Part shown: one piece after another, positions 8,615-16,603 of the stretch | Position numbering within the stretch: position 1 is the first letter of the stretch | How the letters are laid out: every line of letters starts with the position of its first letter | Origin: Synechococcus sp. A15-28 | GTDB taxonomy: Bacteria > Cyanobacteriota > Cyanobacteriia > PCC-6307 > Cyanobiaceae | Direction of reading: 5' to 3' | Length of the DNA: 32,000 nucleotides | Assembly (NCBI RefSeq): GCF_014280175.1 | Contig: NZ_CP047931.1 | Coordinates: 1,260,001 to 1,292,000 of the forward strand | The notes under the pieces: generated by a model | Databases searched by the model: none | Seen by the model: only the letters and a program-made list of their open reading frames with translations | What the model was told of the DNA's origin: nothing | Program-made: the position numbers and the translations under genes

Positions 8615-8640
8615 TTTCTGGTGTGATTGATCACCAGAAA
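8615..8640. repeat. Perfect inverted repeat (9-bp arms, 8-nt loop)
   Basis: TTTCTGGTG - TGATTGAT - CACCAGAAA, read directly. Confidence 0.7.
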
Positions 8641-8684
8641 TCTTGGAAAGCGTTCCTACTCTCAGCACACTATTTCTCTCTGTC

Positions 8685-8870
8685 ATGTTTGCTGAACATG
8701 GCCCTACCGCCTGTATGGAGATGGATCTTCATGCCTTGCGCTTGTTGTACAGGGTTGTGAGCGAAGCCCATGCGAAGTGGCCGGGTGGTTGCCCCGAAGA
8801 ACAGGTCTGTCTGTCGACCATGAAGACGCAGCTCTACGCCGCCCTGATGGACCACTTATTCGAACAGTGA
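8685..8870 (+). CDS. Small hypothetical protein, family B copy 1 (WPGG...LYAAL)
   Basis: MFAEHGPTACMEMDLHALRLLYRVVSEAHAKWPGGCPEEQVCLSTMKTQLYAALMDHLFEQ*. Similar protein at 25961..26158 in this window. Confidence 0.62.
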   Translation: MFAEHGPTACMEMDLHALRLLYRVVSEAHAKWPGGCPEEQVCLSTMKTQLYAALMDHLFEQ

Positions 8871-9032
8871 CCGCGACGTTTCAAGCTGCTCGTTTGCAAC
8901 CGTCTGTTCCAGATCCTTCAGCAGAAGCGTCAACCCCACACCCATCAAAGCCAACGCCGTTCCCCTGTCGCTGTCTGTCGTCAATGAGACCGCCCGGGCA
9001 AGCTCCAGATGTTGAGACCACGAAAAATGCAC
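8856..9032 (-). CDS. Small hypothetical protein (58 aa, GTG start)
   Basis: VHFSWSQHLELARAVSLTTDSDRGTALALMGVGLTLLLKDLEQTVANEQLETSRSLFE*, convergent with the preceding ORF. Confidence 0.33.
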   Translation of the reverse strand: MHFSWSQHLELARAVSLTTDSDRGTALALMGVGLTLLLKDLEQTVANEQLETSRSLFE

Positions 9033-9145
9033 TGGAGAGCTGATCTCGATGTCTTGACATTCTTGATCATCGCGCTGGATGCAGTTGATGTTTTGGGGCC
9101 ATCAGGCAATGCTCTGTAACCAATCAATGGTCATACGACGAACAC

Positions 9146-9170
9146 ACAACACCAACAATGTTGGTGTTGT
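9146..9170. repeat. Perfect inverted repeat (11-bp arms, 3-nt loop)
   Basis: ACAACACCAAC - AAT - GTTGGTGTTGT, in the intergenic space upstream of the ORF at 9223. Confidence 0.75.
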
Positions 9171-9222
9171 TACCTCTCGAGAGAATGAGCGCAATACATT
9201 TTCCCCAACCGCCTGAGTTTCG

Positions 9223-9396
9223 ATGGAGCCCATCACCCTGACTCTCGGACAGAAGTTCGAGCTGGAGAAAAGAAGCCGCGACATCAGTGCCATCACAGAT
9301 GTCCAGCAGCTGCAGAACCTCACCAAAGACCTCCTGCTGGCCTGGCAACAGGAAATCGCACGCTCCAGAGCAGCCGTGGCAGAGGTTCTCGGTTAG
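9223..9396 (+). CDS. Small hypothetical protein (57 aa), NblA-like spacing
   Basis: MEPITLTLGQKFELEKRSRDISAITDVQQLQNLTKDLLLAWQQEIARSRAAVAEVLG*; not in track. The antisense track ORFs at 9102..9348 are less protein-like. Confidence 0.5.
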   Translation: MEPITLTLGQKFELEKRSRDISAITDVQQLQNLTKDLLLAWQQEIARSRAAVAEVLG

Positions 9397-9610
9397 AGCA
9401 ACGATCGGAAGACGCTCAGATCAACGGCGCTGGCCAGGACTCCAACGACGCTCCAGAGACGCTCGAAAGGCTTCGGTGTCTCTGGTCATGACCCCGGTTC
9501 GCTGCCTCCAGCCTTGGGTGAATCGCCAGAATTTCCAGATCGATCCAACAGCAACAACACCCCAGGCCAGCAGAAACCATGACGGACTTGGCATTCAGAG
9601 GGAGGCGCGC

Positions 9611-9760
9611 ATGATCATGGTATTGAAATCAGCTGAGGGACTGGCCATGGATCCTGAAGTCCGCCAATTCATCATCGCGCAGCTGTTGGTCATCGTTGTC
9701 CCCGTCGGACTGATGTTCGCGCTCTGGATCTCCCTGTTGAACAAGAACGTTCAACGTTGA
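9611..9760 (+). CDS. Small single-TM protein (49 aa)
   Basis: MIMVLKSAEGLAMDPEVRQFIIAQLLVIVVPVGLMFALWISLLNKNVQR*; preceded by GGAGG. Confidence 0.5.
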   Translation: MIMVLKSAEGLAMDPEVRQFIIAQLLVIVVPVGLMFALWISLLNKNVQR

Positions 9761-9933
9761 GTGCGGCCGTCCACAACGGCCACAACATGATTCCAGCTTG
9801 GATTCACGATCCGGTACGTGCGCAGGGTGGCCATCGATTTGGTGCGAGCGTTCACGAAGGCCTTGAACTCCGTTTTGAAGCACATTTCCTTGATCCACTC
9901 ACCTTCGGCGTCCTGGCGTTCAATGCAATACAT
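9751..9933 (-). CDS. Hypothetical protein (60 aa)
   Basis: MYCIERQDAEGEWIKEMCFKTEFKAFVNARTKSMATLRTYRIVNPSWNHVVAVVDGRTQR*. Confidence 0.5.
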   Translation of the reverse strand: MYCIERQDAEGEWIKEMCFKTEFKAFVNARTKSMATLRTYRIVNPSWNHVVAVVDGRTQR

Positions 9934-10046
9934 GGCTGGTCAATCACACTGACATCGAAGGTCACCTTCACCATCAGCACACGAAATCAGCAGAGAGGCT
10001 TCGGGATCATGCTGAAATCTCCTCACATCGGCAGGTTCCTGACGTC

Positions 10047-10448
10047 ATGACCGTGGTTTTCGCCCTGTTGGCTCCACTCCTGATGGTGTTTCACCTGGTG
10101 GGGCCTGTGCCATCCGATCTCGGTGTGCACGACGGCAAGCTGAGTCCCTGCACCACCCCTGCCCACTGCGCCCGACAGACCTGGCCCAGCAGCAGTCCTG
10201 AAGCGGATTTCACCTCCTTGGTGGCCTACGTGATGGACATGCCGCGCACCGAGGTGGTCGAGCAGAACGACCACTACATCCACGCTGAAGCGAGCAGTGC
10301 CCTCTTCGGTTTTGTGGACGACCTCGAATTGCTGCTGGATACCAGCAACGGCAGCATTCAGGCTCGCTCGGTGTCCCGTCTGGGCGATTCCGATCTGGGG
10401 GTCAACGCCGGGCGTCTGGGTGAACTGCAGTCACTGGTGAGCCCCTGA
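10047..10448 (+). CDS. DUF1499-family protein
   Basis: 'LGVHDGKLSPCTTPAHCARQTW...VVEQNDHYIHAEASSALFGFVDDLELLLD...IQARSVSRLGDSDLGVNAGRL' is the characteristic DUF1499 pattern. Confidence 0.75.
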   Translation: MTVVFALLAPLLMVFHLVGPVPSDLGVHDGKLSPCTTPAHCARQTWPSSSPEADFTSLVAYVMDMPRTEVVEQNDHYIHAEASSALFGFVDDLELLLDTSNGSIQARSVSRLGDSDLGVNAGRLGELQSLVSP

Positions 10449-10454
10449 AGCCAT

Positions 10455-10619
10455 TCACACCTTGGCTTTGCGCAGATTGCCCAGGTCATGGGTCAGCTCC
10501 CGCAGGCCGGTGACGAAACCGATGCTGGCAACGCTCACGATCCCCACGATGATCACGGTCTCCAGCAGGGCATGGGGATCCTTGAGCAGGGCTGGCCAGG
10601 CGCTCGTGAGTGCTGTCAT
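10455..10619 (-). CDS. Small single-TM protein (54 aa)
   Basis: [54 protein letters not shown]; not in track. Confidence 0.52.
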   Translation of the reverse strand: MTALTSAWPALLKDPHALLETVIIVGIVSVASIGFVTGLRELTHDLGNLRKAKV

Positions 10620-10670
10620 CTCGTCAGAATCTGCGCTCTCCTGTTGGTAGCAACACCTTCGTCAGACGCC

Positions 10671-12038
10671 ATGCACGACATCATCTGCCCGCACTGCAGC
10701 AAGGCGTTCAAGGTGGATGAGGCCGGCTATGCCGACATCCTCAAGCAGGTGCGTGACCGCGAGTTCGAGCAGCAACTGAGCAAACGACTGGCCCTGGCGG
10801 AGCAGGAGAAACGCAACGCCATCGACTTGGCCATGGCCAGAAAGCAGACGGAACTGCAGGAGCTGGAGGCTCAGTTGCGGGCCCGGGATGTCAAGCAGGA
10901 ACTGGCGGTGAAGGAGGCCGTGACCAATGCGGAAAAGCAACGGGATCTTCTGGCCAGCGAACTGCAGCAGATGCGGGAGACCGGTGAAACTGCAGCGCGC
11001 ATGGCAGAAACCCGCTTCGCCAAGGAGATTCAAACGCTCACCCTGCAGAAAGAGGGGGAGCTCCGCGATCTGAGAGCGCAGTTGGAGGCCAGCGGGATTC
11101 AGACCAAGCTGGCGGTGACCGAAGCCCTCAGCGGTGTCGAGAAGGAGCGGGACGAGCTCCGCAACAGCCTCAGCCAGAGCGAACTCAAACATCGCCTGGA
11201 CACCCAGTCGATGAAGGAGCGCTACGAGCTGAAGATTCACGATCGGGATCAGGCGATTGAACGCCTGCGTGACATGAAGGCACGGCTCTCCACAAAGATG
11301 GTGGGGGAAACGTTGGAACAACACTGCGAAACGGAGTTCAATCGCATCCGGGCCGCAGCCTTCCCCCGGGCCTATTTCGAAAAGGACAACGACGCCCGCA
11401 GTGGCAGCAAAGGGGATTACATCTTCCGTGACAGCGACGAAGCCGAGAACGAAATCATCTCAATCATGTTTGAGATGAAGAATGAGGCCGACACCACAGC
11501 CACCAAAAAAAAGAACGAGGACTTTCTCAAGGAGCTGGACAAGGACAGACGTGAGAAAGGCTGTGAGTACGCCGTACTGGTTTCCCTGCTGGAACCGGGC
11601 AGCGAGTTGTACAACTCAGGAATTGTTGATGTCTCCCATCGTTTCAGCAAAACCTATGTGATCCGCCCGCAGTTCTTCATTCCCTTCATCACCCTGCTGC
11701 GCAACGCGGCCCTCAAATCACTGGAGTACAAAGCCGAGCTGGCACTGGTGAAGGCTCAGAACATTGATGTGACCAACTTCGAAAACGATCTTGAGGCGTT
11801 CAAGACGGCATTTTCCAGAAATTACGATCTCGCCTCCCGTCGCTTTCAAACGGCCATCGATGAAATCGATAAATCGATCGATCACCTGCAGAAAACAAAA
11901 GATGCTCTTCTCGGCGCCGATCGGAATCTGCGGCTTGCCAATGACAAGGCGCAGGATGTGTCGGTGAAGAAGCTGACGCGCCGCAACCCGACGATGGCGG
12001 AAAAATTCGCCGAGCTGCACGATCAGACTTCAACCTGA
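10671..12038 (+). CDS. DUF2130-family coiled-coil protein with nuclease-like C-terminal region
   Basis: '[32 protein letters not shown]', long Glu/Gln-rich coiled coil, then '[32 protein letters not shown]...[44 protein letters not shown]'. Start at 10671, not the track 10488. Confidence 0.88.
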   Translation: MHDIICPHCSKAFKVDEAGYADILKQVRDREFEQQLSKRLALAEQEKRNAIDLAMARKQTELQELEAQLRARDVKQELAVKEAVTNAEKQRDLLASELQQMRETGETAARMAETRFAKEIQTLTLQKEGELRDLRAQLEASGIQTKLAVTEALSGVEKERDELRNSLSQSELKHRLDTQSMKERYELKIHDRDQAIERLRDMKARLSTKMVGETLEQHCETEFNRIRAAAFPRAYFEKDNDARSGSKGDYIFRDSDEAENEIISIMFEMKNEADTTATKKKNEDFLKELDKDRREKGCEYAVLVSLLEPGSELYNSGIVDVSHRFSKTYVIRPQFFIPFITLLRNAALKSLEYKAELALVKAQNIDVTNFENDLEAFKTAFSRNYDLASRRFQTAIDEIDKSIDHLQKTKDALLGADRNLRLANDKAQDVSVKKLTRRNPTMAEKFAELHDQTST

Positions 12039-12039
12039 A

Positions 12040-12384
12040 TCAGGCGAACTTGCGGGGATACGGGGTGTTCCCGGCCAGTTCAACGTTGATCTCGCGGCAG
12101 ATGTTCAGCAAGGCGCCGGTGCCCATATCGGGACCGTTGGGGCCATCGATGAAGGTCTGGAATTCAACGTCGCTGATGCCCTCACGCACTTCCCAGATGC
12201 AGAAAGCGGGGCCTTCCAGACCAACGGGATTGAAGCAATGGTTGTAGTAACCAGCTTCAAGGTTGCGCTTCACAGCGTCGTCCCAACCACCACCGGGGGC
12301 CAGAGCTTTCTGAACGGTCTCGAACCAATTCTGAGCGGTTCCGGCGCGGAACTCATGCTGAACGTGAAAGAAACGGGATGCCAT
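12040..12384 (-). CDS. Conserved hypothetical protein (114 aa)
   Basis: MASRFFHVQHEFRAGTAQNWFETVQKALAPGGGW...CREINVELAGNTPYPRKFA*; likely expressed with the adjacent cupin gene. Confidence 0.7.
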   Translation of the reverse strand: MASRFFHVQHEFRAGTAQNWFETVQKALAPGGGWDDAVKRNLEAGYYNHCFNPVGLEGPAFCIWEVREGISDVEFQTFIDGPNGPDMGTGALLNICREINVELAGNTPYPRKFA

Positions 12385-12419
12385 GGGTGATACGGAGATA
12401 AGAGTGAGGGAGCCGTTGG

Positions 12420-12845
12420 TCAGGCGGCGATGTTGACCCCTTCCTTGGTCACGATTTCGACCACCTTGGCCATGTCGTTGAGGTCCTTCTCGTTGGCCTT
12501 GAGGCTCTTGAACACGGATTCCACGCCGCCGGGCTGGCCGACCATCACGTAACGGCAGAAGTCACCGTTGGGGGTGGGAGCGTGAACCACACCGGCTTTC
12601 ACCTGGTAGCAACCGCCGGTGCCGACAACGGTGGTTTCACCGTTGATGTTGAGGTTGAGCTCACCTTCAAGAACCAGATAGGTCTCATCCCAGGCGTGGG
12701 TGTGGGGAGGCTGCCCAACACCACCGGGAGTTGCGAATTCCGCGACGCTGTATTTCCCATCGGTCTGCTCGGTGGTGAGGCGCAGGGTGATGGAATCGCC
12801 CAGGACGTTGCAGACCTCAGGTTGCTGGTTGAACAGGCCGAGCAT
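12420..12845 (-). CDS. Cupin-domain protein
   Basis: 'PPHTHAWDETYLVLEGELNLNINGE...GGCYQVKAGVVHAPTP': both cupin motifs. Confidence 0.88.
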   Translation of the reverse strand: MLGLFNQQPEVCNVLGDSITLRLTTEQTDGKYSVAEFATPGGVGQPPHTHAWDETYLVLEGELNLNINGETTVVGTGGCYQVKAGVVHAPTPNGDFCRYVMVGQPGGVESVFKSLKANEKDLNDMAKVVEIVTKEGVNIAA

Positions 12846-12929
12846 GGTTGGCGGATCAGAAGCAAGATGCTTCTAATTGATTCGTTTGTTCAGCGCTGTG
12901 CTGCGCCGAACACAAGCAACACCTGCACA

Positions 12930-13427
12930 ATGCCTTCTTCCCCTAGGAACCGTATCGGCGAGATCTACGGACAACTCACGGTGGTGCGGGCCTCGGAACG
13001 ACGCACCAAGGCTGGCAATGCCTACTGGTGGTGCCGATGCTCCTGCGGCAGGGAACGGGAGGTCCCCGGAGACAAACTCTCCCTGAACACCACGCGCCGT
13101 AAACCGATCGTTGATGCCTGTGAAACCTGCTCCCGCGAACGACAGGTGGAAGGGGTCTGCCTCAAGAATGATCAAGAGGAGAAAGACCGCAGATCCCAGG
13201 CCCAGCTCGATCGCTCCAAGCTCAAGGGGGTGGTTCCTGAGCGGTGGTTGACGCTGCCCCTCACCGATGCCCATGCCAGGGAACTTGGGCAGACCTTGTT
13301 CTTCCGCGGCACGCGCTGCCTGCGGGGACATCTCGCCCCCTATCGCATCAACGGCGGCTGTCAGACTTGTTCGGGTCAGACGCCATCTGCGGGAGATTGG
13401 CCACAAGCCAAGCCCACAGGGTCATAA
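12930..13427 (+). CDS. Hypothetical protein with two zinc-ribbon-like Cys clusters
   Basis: 'WWCRCSCGREREVPGDKLSLNTTRRKPIVDACETCSRER' and 'CLRGHLAPYRINGGCQTCSG'. Start MPSSPRN. Confidence 0.7.
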   Translation: MPSSPRNRIGEIYGQLTVVRASERRTKAGNAYWWCRCSCGREREVPGDKLSLNTTRRKPIVDACETCSRERQVEGVCLKNDQEEKDRRSQAQLDRSKLKGVVPERWLTLPLTDAHARELGQTLFFRGTRCLRGHLAPYRINGGCQTCSGQTPSAGDWPQAKPTGS

Positions 13428-13470
13428 CAGAGGCACCGAAGGCCAGGAGGGCCAGAATTTTTGATTCCAT
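13348..13470 (-). CDS. Small single-TM protein (40 aa)
   Basis: MESKILALLAFGASVMTLWAWLVANLPQMASDPNKSDSRR*; start overlaps the stop of the upstream micro-ORF; antisense to the 3' end of 12930..13427. Confidence 0.42.
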   Translation of the reverse strand: MESKILALLAFGASVMTLWAWLVANLPQMASDPNKSDSRR

Positions 13471-13568
13471 CAGAGGAAATCAAAATCGTCTTCGGCATCT
13501 CCAGCAAATGCATTCATCACAAGTGCGGAGAAGGGGATGAAAACCGCTGCGATCACAAGAATTTCCAT
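13470..13568 (-). CDS. Small single-TM protein with acidic tail (32 aa)
   Basis: MEILVIAAVFIPFSALVMNAFAGDAEDDFDFL*, TGATG overlap with the next micro-ORF. Confidence 0.42.
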   Translation of the reverse strand: MEILVIAAVFIPFSALVMNAFAGDAEDDFDFL

Positions 13569-13752
13569 AAAACTGATTCGACGGAATGAGCGTAGTTCAC
13601 ACGACGTTACAAACAGTCGTCGATGACACCGTCGATCGTGACTGCGTCGAAATACTCAACTTTCAGGAAACATCGTCAGCCACTTAGGCATTAAGCACCG
13701 TTGTCAGCACATCCCAACAATTCACACTTGAAGAACACAGTGAAGTGGGGCC

Positions 13753-14067
13753 ATGCAACTTCTCAAAGCCGCTGCAACCGCCATCCACGGACTGCTGCCC
13801 TCCAAGGACATCCGTTCCACTGAGGAATGCCGCCAACGCAACGACCGGCAGAGCTACTTCAGCCTCACCAGACAATTGGTGAGTGCACAATTTGTCCTGG
13901 CCGATGGGCAGTTGTCAGCGCGGCTCTGGCAGGAGGTGGCTGACCGGGAGATGGATCTCGGACGGGTGATCAATCTGTTGTATGGCTGCAGCTTTCCGGA
14001 GGACGACCAGGCGATGCAGGAGGCGGACGATGCGTATCTGAGCCTTGTGGATCGCTTTGATCCCTGA
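13753..14067 (+). CDS. Hypothetical protein (104 aa)
   Basis: MQLLKAAATAIHGLLPSKDIRSTEECRQRNDRQSYFSLTRQLVSAQFVLADGQLSARLWQEVADREMDLGRVINLLYGCSF... Confidence 0.6.
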   Translation: MQLLKAAATAIHGLLPSKDIRSTEECRQRNDRQSYFSLTRQLVSAQFVLADGQLSARLWQEVADREMDLGRVINLLYGCSFPEDDQAMQEADDAYLSLVDRFDP

Positions 14068-14076
14068 GGCTGCTCC

Positions 14077-14232
14077 TCAGAGCTCAAACACTGTGCCCAG
14101 CACGAGGGCTGGGTGGATGCTGGTGGAGGCCCGTTGGCGTTCCAACTGAACCGCCATCGTCAGGTGAGCCATGAATCGAACCGCTGACAGAACAGCGAGT
14201 CCGATGCAGAGGGGGCAGTGCGTGATTCCCAT
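14077..14232 (-). CDS. Small hypothetical protein (51 aa)
   Basis: MGITHCPLCIGLAVLSAVRFMAHLTMAVQLERQRASTSIHPALVLGTVFEL*; not in track. Confidence 0.33.
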   Translation of the reverse strand: MGITHCPLCIGLAVLSAVRFMAHLTMAVQLERQRASTSIHPALVLGTVFEL

Positions 14233-14292
14233 GGGATGAGGCTCCCAGCCTGATCAGCGATTGACATGCTTCCGTGCGATTTCTTGATCAAA

Positions 14293-14403
14293 TCAACGGA
14301 TCAACCAACTGATCAGAGCCGTCAGCAGTGCCCCTTTGACGAAGGACAGCCACATCAGCCCGTAGAGACCGATCCCGGTACGCCGCATCAGGGCATTGAT
14401 CAT
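14293..14403 (-). CDS. Possible small membrane ORF (36 aa)
   Basis: MINALMRRTGIGLYGLMWLSFVKGALLTALISWLIR*. The open frame extends upstream (LPLKRLAQFNTDGDPALIRWHKT) without a standard start. Confidence 0.3.
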   Translation of the reverse strand: MINALMRRTGIGLYGLMWLSFVKGALLTALISWLIR

Positions 14404-14563
14404 CGTCTTGTGCCATCGAATCAGGGCTGGATCACCGTCGGTGTTGAACTGAGCAAGTCGCTTGAGTGGAAGTTAGGCAAGCCTTGCCATAACAGGGGGA
14501 ATGAATGACTCACAACGAAGACTGGCTGGTAAGATTGTTTTTTGCTCTCCCTCAGGGAAACGG

Positions 14564-14740
14564 ATGAGTCAGGTCACAGTCGGCGAAAACGAAGGGATCG
14601 AATCCGCGCTGCGTCGCTTCAAGCGCTCTGTGGCCAAGGCCGGCATCTTTTCCGACCTGCGTCGCATCCGCCACCACGAGACCCCCGTGGAGAAGTACAA
14701 GCGCAAACTGAAGCAGCGCTCCCGCAACCGCCGCCGCTGA
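14564..14740 (+). CDS. rpsU: 30S ribosomal protein S21
   Basis: [58 protein letters not shown]. Confidence 0.96.
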
Positions 14741-14761
14741 GCACGTTCCAAGCATTGAGAA

Positions 14762-14787
14762 ACGGACCCTGACGGGTCCGTTTTTTT
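14762..14787 (+). terminator. Rho-independent terminator of rpsU
   Basis: ACGGACCC - TGAC - GGGTCCGT followed by a T-run, about 20 bp after the rpsU stop. Confidence 0.92.
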
Positions 14788-14857
14788 ATGCCGGCGTCAC
14801 AGAGCTTGATCGCGTTAGCCAGAATCCCTCACACCTCATGAGATCCGGCCGACCCCG

Positions 14858-15100
14858 ATGTTCCTGCCACCTCCGTTCTGCCCGATCAGTGCGGCAAAAA
14901 TCGCCGGTCTCAAGGCCACAGTCAGCCTGCTGCTGATCCTTCTGTTCAAGTCGAAGCTGTTGCGGATCAAGATGTCGCTCCTGGGCTCCGTTCTCGGCTT
15001 CGCCATGCTGGTGGGCTTTCTGATCAGCACAGGTCTGCTCACCCTGGTCGCCGGCGGTGCCGTGGCCTACGCCGCCACACAATCCAAGGGGAGCAACTGA
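14858..15100 (+). CDS. Hypothetical membrane protein (80 aa)
   Basis: Two hydrophobic segments: 'ATVSLLLILLFKS' and 'LLGSVLGFAMLVGFLISTGLLTLVAGGAVAYAA'. Confidence 0.55.
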   Translation: MFLPPPFCPISAAKIAGLKATVSLLLILLFKSKLLRIKMSLLGSVLGFAMLVGFLISTGLLTLVAGGAVAYAATQSKGSN

Positions 15101-15103
15101 TCC

Positions 15104-15766
15104 ATGGCACAACGTTTCGGATTGATCAGTGGCATCGGCCTATCCACCCTTGGTGTCGCCGGACTCGCTGGTGGGGGAATTCTTTGGAACTTCCAGGGGA
15201 AGACCCTGGGTCTCAGCACAACCGTGACCGCTCTGGTGCTGCTGGCCATCAGTTTTGTTCTGCTGCGGCCCCTGCAGTCGGAGCCCGTTGAGGAAGCAAC
15301 AGTTGATGCAGAGGCGACGGAAACCAACGGCTTGACCCTTCAGCTGCCTGAAGTGTCGTTGGTGGGGTTGCTTCTCGCCGCCACCGGGACGTTCGGTCTG
15401 GCGGCCTCGGGAATCGCCTGGAATTTCAAGGGCATTGCTCTGGGTTTAACCGGCACGATCACGTCGATCGCAGCTCTTGTTTTCAGCTTTCTGTTCCTCT
15501 GGCCCCTGCGATCCAAAAAGGCTGAGGTCACACCGATTCCAACAGAACCGGTGGTTACGGAAACCACTGAGGCTCCAGCCCTCACCACGTCCGAATCCAT
15601 CCGCAAGCAATTGGCCGAGGAGCAGGAGCAAGCGCCGGAAATCACCCTGAGAACGTTCGCACCGGATCACCTCGTCCCGGGTCGCACCTTGCCCAATCGG
15701 TCTCGCAATGCCGGACCTTCCCTCGGACGCTACCGGTCGATGGTGGGAGATCTGTTCAGCAGCTGA
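15104..15766 (+). CDS. Membrane protein with internal duplication
   Basis: Two copies of a G..GLAGxGIxWNFxG..LGLxxTxT..AL..SFxxLxPL unit; see findings. Confidence 0.72.
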   Translation: MAQRFGLISGIGLSTLGVAGLAGGGILWNFQGKTLGLSTTVTALVLLAISFVLLRPLQSEPVEEATVDAEATETNGLTLQLPEVSLVGLLLAATGTFGLAASGIAWNFKGIALGLTGTITSIAALVFSFLFLWPLRSKKAEVTPIPTEPVVTETTEAPALTTSESIRKQLAEEQEQAPEITLRTFAPDHLVPGRTLPNRSRNAGPSLGRYRSMVGDLFSS

Positions 15767-16041
15767 TTCATCACATTGCGCAGCTGTCGGTGCCAGGGCG
15801 TCACATCCACCGTTGATCGACCCCCTGTCTGCTGTTGCATTCCGGGATGGAGCTCGGCTTCATCCATCTTCCGGCGTAGACGCCGCACCACCGGAATCAA
15901 CAGCACGGCGAACACCAGGGTGAACAGCAACAGGAATGGCAGGAGGCTCACCATCCAGATGGTGGCGACAGCCGTAACCACCCCTGTCATGACCAGCTGA
16001 ATCCACCGGGGTCTGGCTCGTCCGGGTAGCTGTTTCATCAA
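15730..16041 (-). CDS. Hypothetical membrane protein (103 aa)
   Basis: MMKQLPGRARPRWIQLVMTGVVTAVATIWMVSLLPFLLLFTLVFAVLLIPVVRRLRRKMDEAEL... Confidence 0.6.
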   Translation of the reverse strand: MMKQLPGRARPRWIQLVMTGVVTAVATIWMVSLLPFLLLFTLVFAVLLIPVVRRLRRKMDEAELHPGMQQQTGGRSTVDVTPWHRQLRNVMNQLLNRSPTIDR

Positions 16042-16334
16042 CGACCCGGCTGAGACGCCTTCAATGCCTGCAGTGCAAGCACCAGATGGGTGCGGAAGCT
16101 TCCAAGTGCCATCACTTGTTGGGGTGATCGCTGAGCACCGATGGATTCACCCTCCTGTGCGATGCGTTGCAGCAGGGAGCGGGTCTGCCCGGCCCAGCGT
16201 GCGAGCTCTGGCGTGAGGGTGTCAATCTCCTCAGCAGCTGAAGTCGAAGGGTCCTTTACAGCGGACTCGAGCCATTGATTCAACTGCCGATGGCTCAACG
16301 CATCGGGAATCGTCGGTGCGTCGTTTCGGATCAT
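16038..16334 (-). CDS. Hypothetical protein (98 aa), 4-bp overlap with the downstream gene
   Basis: MIRNDAPTIPDALSHRQLNQWLESAVKDPSTSAAEEIDTLTPELARWAGQTRSLLQRIAQEGES... Confidence 0.6.
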   Translation of the reverse strand: MIRNDAPTIPDALSHRQLNQWLESAVKDPSTSAAEEIDTLTPELARWAGQTRSLLQRIAQEGESIGAQRSPQQVMALGSFRTHLVLALQALKASQPGR

Positions 16335-16417
16335 CAGCGATGGTTCAGGGATGACTCGACCCTATGGAGACGTGTCCTGCAAAACCAGTTCGGTCAGCAG
16401 GGGGATGACCGCACCGC

Positions 16418-16594
16418 TCAGGGGCTCTTGCTGAAGATGCGCTCGAGCTCCAGGCGGAAATCCTTCTGGCTCAACGGCTCAGCACCTCGCCTTCGACGAT
16501 TGCGGCGCAGAAGTGAACCAATCCACCACAATTGCAGTCCGGCAAATAGAGAGCCGGTCACCACCAGGCCAACCGTGGCGCTGTTCCAATCCAT
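16418..16594 (-). CDS. Small single-TM protein (58 aa)
   Basis: MDWNSATVGLVVTGSLFAGLQLWWIGSLLRRNRRRRGAEPLSQKDFRLELERIFSKSP*; not in track. Confidence 0.55.
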   Translation of the reverse strand: MDWNSATVGLVVTGSLFAGLQLWWIGSLLRRNRRRRGAEPLSQKDFRLELERIFSKSP

Positions 16595-16603
16595 GCAGCC
16601 GGC

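Noticed and set aside
9287-9760. 157-aa plus-strand ORF
   Set aside because: First two thirds are Arg/Ser-rich without domain features and overlap the better 57-aa ORF; only the terminal MIMVLKSAEGLAMDPEVRQF... portion looks like a real protein.
10662-11324. 220-aa minus-strand ORF opposite the DUF2130 gene
   Set aside because: Antisense shadow of the coiled-coil region; Leu/Gln-rich composition comes from complementary Gln/Leu codons.
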